From a virus (taxonomy: Duplodnaviria; Caudoviricetes), in IMG/VR virus record IMGVR_UViG_3300048586_000572, positions 1 to 54,863 of that record: DNA of 54,863 nt; one strand, given 5' to 3'. The notes below the pieces were generated by a model. That model worked only from the letters and a program-made list of their open reading frames with translations, had not been told where the DNA came from and searched no databases. Positions 30,001 to 35,950 of the stretch are shown here, one piece after another. Made by a program: the position numbers and the translations under genes. Numbering within the stretch: the first letter of the stretch is position 1; each line of letters opens with the position of its first letter.

Positions 30001-30606
30001 CGGCGTCTCCGGCAGGTCGAGCGGCCGCGCCACGTCGACGGCGTATCGATTGCCCATGCCCCGACTGAAGGTGGACGCTATCTCCTGCATGCGCAGGGTG
30101 CGGACCTTTGGCCGGCGCGCATCCTTCTCGTCCCACACCGTCCAGAGGTGACCATCGTCGCAGACGACGGTCGAGCCGTCCGAGAACTCGACCTCGAAAC
30201 ACGGGCGACCTTCGAATATCGGCGATAGGGCATCAACCCTCGTACGATTGCCCTTCTCATCGAACACCACGTCGCCGACGCGAATTTCGCCCATGGTGGT
30301 CCAACCGGCCTCGGTCGGCACCTTGGTATCGAGCGATAGGGGACCGCCGATCTGTCCGCCTTTGATCAATGCGGACGATCGGCACGGGGATCGCGCCGAC
30401 ATATTGTCCATGGGTTCCCTCATGAAGGGGACGCGGTCCGTCGACCACTGGCCGTGCTCGTGAGCATGCCGAGAAGACAGCTTGCGGTTCTTGTCGGCCC
30501 ATTCGCTCACGGTGAGGTCGGGCGCGGGCCGTAAGGCCTTGAGCAGCATCGCGTGGACCTCCGCGGCTCCACGGTAGGAAAGCAGCTCAGGATCGATTTG
30601 CAGCAT
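27040..30606 (-). CDS. Large terminase subunit, lambda gpA family, intein-containing
   Basis: VSEWAD, KGGQIGG|TE Walker A, ILDELE Walker B, ISTP, CPHC, EALDC. Confidence 0.93.
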   Translation of the reverse strand: MLQIDPELLSYRGAAEVHAMLLKALRPAPDLTVSEWADKNRKLSSRHAHEHGQWSTDRVPFMREPMDNMSARSPCRSSALIKGGQIGGPLSLDTKVPTEAGWTTMGEIRVGDVVFDEKGNRTRVDALSPIFEGRPCFEVEFSDGSTVVCDDGHLWTVWDEKDARRPKVRTLRMQEIASTFSRGMGNRYAVDVARPLDLPETPLPIPPYTLGAWLGDGNQSSNQITTHDDDVEEMAAAIRAEGITTLVRRLPGSKGKVMNILIGGVDGSICKRGHDMTLPDARSKHRVCRRCHVENVLFHRFGTPRSPTVRPLSLWSGLVALGLTERKHIPEVYLRSSPQQRLALLRGLMDTDGTITKKGWCSFVASNMDLARDVHELIASLGLKPTMSARLTERGFRGGPRQTDPAILFQVGFMAYSDSPVFGLARKRDRLVPVDRPGLRLTETRRRRIVDVRSVPSVPVRCISVDAPSRLFLVGETFIPTHNTEGANNVVGYNIASAPGPFLYVCPTLTVMKRTSARVQQMIDDDPKGLGKLVLPARKRDSKNSEREKHFPGGALYFATAQSAANLKSTMVRGMILDELEEYPADLEGQGDTVGVAKVRGTTAGDDFKMMLISTPGMKAVSQIEPAFLKRDQRRFFMPCPHCSTPITFEWENFVWTEGKPNTVRYLCQTCKEVPPNFGRIHEGRHKEAMLAKGVWVPKVLSDDTDFMQRLKDGDRSALDEFNKTAYHRSYYLPSFYATIGLTWAKIVEEWEQADGSQSAIKVIWNTMFARTYSPPGEAPSWERVRDRKIELRSREIPAWATFLSAGADIGQDHIEIDVWAYGRRRRRHLVEHLRIDGDPSDPDIQAQLLAVSKRLYLHPCGAVMNIRRLVIDRNHRPDLVDRMLMTMDRSKIIGVVGAKSFDAPIMVMAKRKERPEDASWGIDPTYTFVRAGVSSLKLELFGDLNLRQVDGHDVPPGWITINGDASDDWCKQLVSERLEYVGAKGRRPTPRFVGHGITRHEALDCSNYSRIGAELLGWSRWGPHDFDREEKAMQTLAEQIAVKIKEMELERQRNGDTRPVTVRDLYASLVLPGEEPVSPHRPPPVPGAAAPAAETTPVADPVDPAEVAAPEPVAEPAAAPRTFEELEAAREAELYAGVSNDTEGWGSGDGWGAADDLAPDRNSIVGCRPELSDLLSHSIRSAGDDDR
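27102..27121 (-). promoter_or_regulatory. Late-type motif A, copy 4 (3' end of terminase gene, pointing at gpW-portal)
   Basis: Plus strand GGCATCCGACAATGCTGTTC, 17 of 20 match. Confidence 0.72.
29158..30342 (-). mobile_element. Class-3 intein (395 aa) with LAGLIDADG homing endonuclease
   Basis: Begins PLSLDTKVPT, block B GHLW, block F VRCISV, ends IPTHN followed by Thr; LGAWLGDG and LRGLMDTDG endonuclease motifs. Confidence 0.9.
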
Positions 30607-31324
30607 CGATGTCCTCCTGGCTCTTCGACTGGTTCATCAGTTCCTGCCGGACCAGCTCGGCCACGAACTGGCTGACCTCGTGCGCATTCGGCAGGTCGAA
30701 CCTCGCGGCGATCTTGGGTCCAGCCTTGGTCGGGAAGACCTGCCACGACGACGTCGAGGCGCGCAGGACCGTGAAGAAATGGGCGGTCGTCTTGGCCTGG
30801 TCGACCAGCTTGCCTTCCGCGATGTCGTTCTCGCGGCGCAGGCGGCGCAGGCGCTCCTCCTCGATCTCGACCGCGATCCCCACCAGCGTCCCGGGCTGCG
30901 GACCCTCGGGCCGCGAGGCCGGTTGCCGCTTGGCAAGGTTGGCCTGCCGATGTTCCTCAAGGCGGCCGCGCAGGGGAACCACGTTGTCCGCCACGGGCGC
31001 GGCAGCAGGCGCGATCGGCTCAGGTGCGGACCCCGTCTCGGCGGGTGCGGACCCAATCCCAGGTTCCCGGTCCGCAGGGTCCGCACCGGGTGCGGACCTC
31101 TCCTCGATCGCCGCCGCGATGCTGGCTTTCGCGCGCAGCGCTTCGACGCCGCGACGCTGCGAGACGCGGGTATTCTCCTCCCACAGACGGTCTGCCAGGT
31201 CCGCGTCGATGGTGTCGTCGGGAAGCAGCGCGGCCGCGATCCGGTCCTTGAGCGCCTTGCGAACGGCCTTCTCGGAAACGCCGCGGCGCGTGGCGTATTC
31301 CCGACGCGACAGCCCCTTCGCCAT
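30587..31324 (-). CDS. Small terminase subunit (Nu1-like)
   Basis: N-terminal HTH (LSRREYATRRGVSEKAVRK), C-terminal EGKLVD coiled segment; overlaps large terminase start. Confidence 0.82.
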   Translation of the reverse strand: MAKGLSRREYATRRGVSEKAVRKALKDRIAAALLPDDTIDADLADRLWEENTRVSQRRGVEALRAKASIAAAIEERSAPGADPADREPGIGSAPAETGSAPEPIAPAAAPVADNVVPLRGRLEEHRQANLAKRQPASRPEGPQPGTLVGIAVEIEEERLRRLRRENDIAEGKLVDQAKTTAHFFTVLRASTSSWQVFPTKAGPKIAARFDLPNAHEVSQFVAELVRQELMNQSKSQEDIDAANRS

Positions 31325-31326
31325 GG

Positions 31327-31425
31327 TCAGCGACGCTGGTCCGCGAGGTGGACGATGTAGGTGATAGCGACGACGCCGGAGACGAAGACGGAGAACATGA
31401 TCGTGGTGGCTGCGGCCCAACTCAT
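31327..31425 (-). CDS. Possible 32-aa single-pass membrane peptide
   Basis: MSWAAATTIMFSVFVSGVVAITYIVHLADQRR; GAGG upstream; ends 2 bp before small terminase. Confidence 0.4.
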   Translation of the reverse strand: MSWAAATTIMFSVFVSGVVAITYIVHLADQRR

Positions 31426-31518
31426 GATGCGTCCTCGGCGTCTCTCGGCGGTCTTTCGATCCCGATGGCGACGGACGCGCCGTTGGCGATCAGCGCCGCC
31501 GTGGTGCCCGTTCACGAC

Positions 31519-31605
31519 GGGTGCGGACCCCGTTTTCGGGCTGGCCCACGATCAGGGCCGGACCATGGGAAGCCTGCTTGGCGTTTCGCCCCGGGAAGGA
31601 CCCGT
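31519..31605 (-). other. Putative cos packaging region
   Basis: Minus strand ACGGGTCCTTCCCGG (31591-31605) resembles lambda cosQ context; lies upstream of small terminase. Confidence 0.6.
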
Positions 31606-31712
31606 GATGCCCCTCGCTCTCGGAGGCGACCGGGCCCGCGCTGGCTTGCCGCCCCGCCTGGTCCCGGTCGCCCGTCGAGCAACACCCACGCATGCACCCT
31701 GCCATCGGGTTC

Positions 31713-31732
31713 GGCATCCGACAGTGCTGAAA
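31713..31732 (-). promoter_or_regulatory. Late-type motif A, copy 5 (head of packaging operon)
   Basis: Plus strand GGCATCCGACAGTGCTGAAA, intergenic. Confidence 0.78.
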
Positions 31733-31928
31733 TGAGGCGGCACAGGAGGCGGCCTGTTCGAACAGGATTGGTCCACCGTGAAACCCTTGCAGGCCTGGGG
31801 TTTCGAGGCTTGTGGAACAGGAAGGCTACGAAGCCTTCACCATTGGGCCATGGAGCCACGCCCCCGGGCATGAACCGTTCACGGCTCCCTCCTATGGATG
31901 AGGGATCACCGGTTCGGGAGGGGATCGC

Positions 31929-32207
31929 ATGTACCGTGAGATGACCGCCGCGGACATCGTCGACATCGATCTGGTCTATGGGGACGGCCTCAACTGGTGC
32001 ACCGATCCGGACGCGGCGCCCGATCGCAGCTGGCTCGTGATCATCGCCCGCGGCCCCAACGGGCGACCCCACGGCGAGGCTGGCTACCGAGACGTCGCCA
32101 AGGGCAAGTGGTTCTGGTTGGACGGCGAGGCGATCAAAGAGCCGGTGACAGCTTGGTGCAGGATCAGCCGTCCGCACCTTCGCCGCAAGCGGTTGAACGA
32201 CACTTGA
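31929..32207 (+). CDS. Hypothetical phage protein (Trp-rich, DUF551-like ending)
   Basis: 92 aa, GGGAGGGG RBS, VTAWCRI near C-terminus. Confidence 0.6.
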   Translation: MYREMTAADIVDIDLVYGDGLNWCTDPDAAPDRSWLVIIARGPNGRPHGEAGYRDVAKGKWFWLDGEAIKEPVTAWCRISRPHLRRKRLNDT

Positions 32208-32316
32208 AGCCACAGGAGGCGTAGCCGCCCGCGAATCGGTAGTTGAATCGATATCGTCACTTTCTTCGGTAGCCGCTTGAATCCGTTGCGAATCGTTCGC
32301 TACGGAGACGCCGCCC

Positions 32317-32700
32317 ATGCGCCTGCGAGTTGCCAGCCGACCGTTGGCCAAGGACTACCCGACCGTCCGGACCGCCGTGCTTGAAGCGGCGGTTCGGGAG
32401 ATCCATCGCCGCGGGCTAGGGCCGGAGGACATCCTGGTGCCGGAGCGCCGGATGGAGAAGCTAGAGACGCCGGACGCGGTGGCGGCCTGCCACGCCATCC
32501 TCGACAAGGTGCGCACGCACATCGTCGCCGGCGGCTGGTCCAACGCGTACATCCGCAACACGACGCGGCTGCGCTCGATCCGCGTCGGCATGCTCGATCG
32601 GCTCCGCGAGGGCGACTATGCCGGCTTCAGCCTGCCGCGCGCCATGCAGCTGGCGGAGGCGCTGGGACTGAACGTCCGCATGAAGGATGACGCCCGGTGA
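32317..32700 (+). CDS. XRE-like HTH protein
   Basis: C-terminal LREGDYAGFSLPRAMQLAEALGLNV; GGAG RBS. Confidence 0.6.
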   Translation: MRLRVASRPLAKDYPTVRTAVLEAAVREIHRRGLGPEDILVPERRMEKLETPDAVAACHAILDKVRTHIVAGGWSNAYIRNTTRLRSIRVGMLDRLREGDYAGFSLPRAMQLAEALGLNVRMKDDAR

Positions 32701-32882
32701 GCCAGACCCCGACCAAGCGCTGCGAGGCGGCGAAGCGCGAGCCCGCCGGCGACGCCTTGATACCCATGTCCGAGCCCATGTTTCAGCGTTTGAAGCGCCG
32801 GGAGTTCGACACCTTCAGCCTGCCCCGCGCCTATCAGATCGCCGCGCGCCTCGGGCTCAAGATCGAGATCGTCGTCGAATAG
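32697..32882 (+). CDS. Short paralogue or remnant of preceding XRE-like gene
   Basis: FDTFSLPRAYQIAARLGLKI matches the upstream protein's C-terminus. Confidence 0.45.
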   Translation: MSQTPTKRCEAAKREPAGDALIPMSEPMFQRLKRREFDTFSLPRAYQIAARLGLKIEIVVE

Positions 32883-32898
32883 GGACACGGTCCGTCGA

Positions 32899-32918
32899 TT
32901 TCAGCAGTGTCGGGTGCC
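32899..32918 (+). promoter_or_regulatory. Late-type motif A, copy 6 (head of lysis operon)
   Basis: TTTCAGCAGTGTCGGGTGCC, intergenic, 45 bp before ATG 32963. Confidence 0.78.
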
Positions 32919-32962
32919 TGGGCGCCCCGCACCCTTCGACCTCGCAACCCCGAGGTCGACAG

Positions 32963-33298
32963 ATGCCCCAGAGACGCAAGCGCAAGCACCTGCCGCCGTA
33001 CGCGGTGCTCGCCGAGATGCGCAGCCGGATGACGGTGGCGCAGATGGCGGAGCGGCACGGCTGGCTCCCCAACAGCATCGCGAACCGGCTGAGGCGTGGC
33101 CCGACGCTCCTGGAGACCCGAGAGCACGCGCTGCGTCGCCACGTGATCCTGGACTGCTGGGCGGAAGGTTCCGGCGCGAAGGACATCGCCCGCGCCGTCT
33201 CGATGTCCCACGTCGCCGTCTTCGGCGTCATCGCCAGGGCGCGCGCTGCCGGCGATCCCAGGGCCACTCCCCGCTATCGTGAGAGGAAGCCGTCATGA
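32963..33298 (+). CDS. Small protein with two HTH-like segments
   Basis: MTVAQMAERHGW...IANRL and SGAKDIARAVSMSHVAV; coupled to endolysin. Confidence 0.6.
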   Translation: MPQRRKRKHLPPYAVLAEMRSRMTVAQMAERHGWLPNSIANRLRRGPTLLETREHALRRHVILDCWAEGSGAKDIARAVSMSHVAVFGVIARARAAGDPRATPRYRERKPS

Positions 33299-34173
33299 GG
33301 ACGTCGTACGCCATCGCCCTGCCGAACGTGCTCAAGCTCGAAGGCGGCAAGGTCAACCATCCGAAAGATCCCGGCGGCCGCACGAACATGGGCGTGACGC
33401 AGCGGGTCTATGACGGGTTCCGCCGGAACCGGGGCCTGCCGCTCCGGACCGTGTACGACATCGAGCGCCACGAGGTGGAGGCCATCTACAGGCTGCAGTA
33501 CTGGGACAAGGTGCGGGGCGACGATCTGCCGGCGGGCGTGGACCTGGTCGTCTTCGACGGCGCCGTGAACAGCGGACCGCTACAGTCGGTCAAGTGGTTG
33601 CAGGCTGCCCTGGGCGGCAATGTCCGGATCGACGGCGTCCTGGGCGAGGCGTCCCTGGCGGCAGTGAAGGCGCATCCCGATCACGATGCCCTGGTTGCCG
33701 CCATCTGCGCCATCCGGCTGCGCTTCCTCAAAGCCTTGAAGACGTGGTCGACGTTCGGTCGCGGATGGGCCGCACGGGTGGCACATGTAAAGGATACCGG
33801 ACAGGCCTTAGCTTCCGGATCGGTCGGTCCCGTGCCGCTGTATTTCGCCGGCGGGGAGGCCAAGGGCCGCATCGAGGACGCTAGGCGGGTGCCGGGCAAG
33901 GCCCTCGCGGATGCCACCGCGGGCGCCGGTGGCGCGACGGGCATCCTGTCCCAGCTCACCGAGACGCTGTCGCCGGCGGCGTCCGCCATCCCGGCCATCG
34001 GCCAGGTCGTGACCGTGCTCACCGCCATCGGCGCGGCCGCTGCGGCCGCCGGTCTCCTGTACCGCTGGTACGCGACCCGCCGGCAAGCGGAGATAGACGC
34101 CGCGCTGCTGATCGCGCCCTCGGTGCCGGTCAACGACAACGCGAGCGCCGACGTCGCCAGCGAGGCCGCGTGA
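33295..34173 (+). CDS. Endolysin, glycoside hydrolase family 108, with C-terminal hydrophobic tail
   Basis: EGGKVNHPKDPGGRTNMGVT, FDGAVNSG, FGRGWAAR. Confidence 0.92.
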   Translation: MRTSYAIALPNVLKLEGGKVNHPKDPGGRTNMGVTQRVYDGFRRNRGLPLRTVYDIERHEVEAIYRLQYWDKVRGDDLPAGVDLVVFDGAVNSGPLQSVKWLQAALGGNVRIDGVLGEASLAAVKAHPDHDALVAAICAIRLRFLKALKTWSTFGRGWAARVAHVKDTGQALASGSVGPVPLYFAGGEAKGRIEDARRVPGKALADATAGAGGATGILSQLTETLSPAASAIPAIGQVVTVLTAIGAAAAAAGLLYRWYATRRQAEIDAALLIAPSVPVNDNASADVASEAA

Positions 34174-34496
34174 TGGATTGGGTCTGGACCATCATCGCCA
34201 CCCTCGGAGCCTTGGCGGCCGCCATCGCCGGCATCTGCCTTCTCCCTGGCGGCGCAGCCCTCGTCGCCGCCATCCTGAACTCCCCGCTCGCCCGGGCCCT
34301 GGTGGCCGCGGGCGGCGTCATTCTCATGATCCTGACGATGCGCCGGCAGGCCTATGACGAAGGCCAGGCTGCGGCGAAGCGCATGGTCGACGAGGCGAAT
34401 GCGGAGGCGCTGCGCCGGCGCCGGGCGATCGAGCGCGACGTCGCCGACGACACCGATGCCGAGATGCGCAAGCGGCTGGAGAGGTGGTCCTTGTGA
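34170..34496 (+). CDS. Putative inner-membrane spanin
   Basis: Hydrophobic N-terminus then charged helical tail; follows endolysin. Confidence 0.55.
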   Translation: MMDWVWTIIATLGALAAAIAGICLLPGGAALVAAILNSPLARALVAAGGVILMILTMRRQAYDEGQAAAKRMVDEANAEALRRRRAIERDVADDTDAEMRKRLERWSL

Positions 34497-34840
34497 TCCA
34501 GCTCTTCCTCACCTCCTTGGCGCTGATGCTGGTGGCGCACGCCCTGGCCGACTATCCCCTCCAGGGCGACTGGTTAGCGAAGGCCAAGAACCGGACGCTG
34601 GCGCCGGTGCCGGGTTCGGTCGTCTGGCCCGGCGCTATGACCTGCCATGCCGGCATCCATGCCTTCGGCGTCTTCCTGGCGACGGGGTCCTGGGTTCTCG
34701 CCGTCGGGGAGTTCGCAGCCCACGCGGCGATCGACGACGCGAAGTGCCGAAGCGTGATCGGCTACAACGCGGACCAGGCGCTGCATGTCGGCTGCAAGGT
34801 CGCCTGGGCCCTGATGCTGGTCTGGTGGAGCGCGTCATGA
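34493..34840 (+). CDS. DUF3307-like membrane protein
   Basis: HALADYPLQ...HAAIDDAK...DQALH. Confidence 0.75.
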   Translation: MIQLFLTSLALMLVAHALADYPLQGDWLAKAKNRTLAPVPGSVVWPGAMTCHAGIHAFGVFLATGSWVLAVGEFAAHAAIDDAKCRSVIGYNADQALHVGCKVAWALMLVWWSAS

Positions 34841-35082
34841 ACCGCACCCTCTCCCACCTCGGCATGGCCGCGGCGTTCCTGATGATCCTGGCGGTGACGC
34901 TCGGCGCCTGCGCCAACAAGCCGCCGGTCACGGGTGGCCGCGGGGGTGCTTTCTGCGACGTCGAGGAGCCGATCCGCCGGCCGCTGGCGGAACTGCTGGC
35001 GATGCCGCGCAGCGAGCAAAACCGAATCGTCGCGCACAACGAGCACGGCGAACGCGAGTGCGGATGGAGACCGAATCGATGA
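34837..35082 (+). CDS. Putative outer-membrane spanin lipoprotein
   Basis: Signal peptide with LGAC lipobox; FC...HNEHGERECGW. Confidence 0.7.
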   Translation: MNRTLSHLGMAAAFLMILAVTLGACANKPPVTGGRGGAFCDVEEPIRRPLAELLAMPRSEQNRIVAHNEHGERECGWRPNR

Positions 35083-35375
35083 GCCCTCAACAGACCCGCA
35101 CGCCCGCTTCCTCCGCCGGAGCCGGAGGTGGAGGCGACGACTTCCGGGGCGACATGAAGCTGCTGACCTACAAGGTCGACGAGCTGACGCGGAAGTTCGA
35201 CAAGTTCAGCGACGAGATCAAGACGACGTACGCGAGCAAGACCGAGGTCGCGGAGCTCCGCGACGACGTGCACGGCATCAAGGGCAACATCACCTGGCTG
35301 CTGCGGCTCGTCATCGGCCTCATCGTCGCGGCGGTCATCGGCCTCGTCATCGTGAAGGGCGGAACGCCAAGATGA
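35079..35375 (+). CDS. Holin-like / XhlA-like membrane protein
   Basis: Coiled coil then single C-terminal TM helix (WLLRLVIGLIVAAVIGLV). Confidence 0.6.
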   Translation: MSPQQTRTPASSAGAGGGGDDFRGDMKLLTYKVDELTRKFDKFSDEIKTTYASKTEVAELRDDVHGIKGNITWLLRLVIGLIVAAVIGLVIVKGGTPR

Positions 35376-35914
35376 GGCCTGACGACCTGCGGCGCCTATC
35401 GGAGACGGATCGGTTCTACGGGAAGGCGCTGGCCGCCCTCGTCGGGCCCGGCCGCGCCATGGCCATGGTCATGCGCCTGGTGAGCCTGGCGTACTGGATC
35501 GTGATAATCGGCGCTGTGGGCTGGCTGATGAGCCAAGCCTTCGACCGCGAGCCGCCTGTCGACATCCTGTCCACCGAGGTCCTGACCGAAGCGGTTCGAC
35601 CCGGGGAAGCGATCCGCGTCAGATACCACCTGGTTCGGCATAGGGTCTGTCGGACGGAGACCTCGTGGGTGATCCTCGACGGTATCTCGGAGTATCGGCG
35701 TTTCGGCCCGGTCGTAGCCGAGGCCGTTGGCCGCGTGGGCGACGATGTCTTCGTGAAGGGCTGGACCTTGCCCCTTGGCGCAGCGCCAGGCGCAGGACGC
35801 CTGAGGACGATTACCACCTGGCGCTGCGAGGGGAATTTCTTACACGCCTTCTACCCGATCGTCCGCGTAGGACCCGACCTGCATTTCCGGATCGTGGGCA
35901 CGGCACAGCCTTGA
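35372..35914 (+). CDS. Membrane-anchored periplasmic protein (possible lysis regulator)
   Basis: One TM segment then beta-rich domain with two Cys; ATGA-coupled. Confidence 0.55.
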   Translation: MRPDDLRRLSETDRFYGKALAALVGPGRAMAMVMRLVSLAYWIVIIGAVGWLMSQAFDREPPVDILSTEVLTEAVRPGEAIRVRYHLVRHRVCRTETSWVILDGISEYRRFGPVVAEAVGRVGDDVFVKGWTLPLGAAPGAGRLRTITTWRCEGNFLHAFYPIVRVGPDLHFRIVGTAQP

Positions 35915-35950
35915 TCTGGCGGGTTTGGACCTACCCCTGCCAGGGAGAGG

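Noticed and set aside
32943-32957. CGCAACCCCGAGGTC repeated at 48639-48653 before start codons
   Set aside because: Best explained as similar ribosome-binding leaders; two exact copies only
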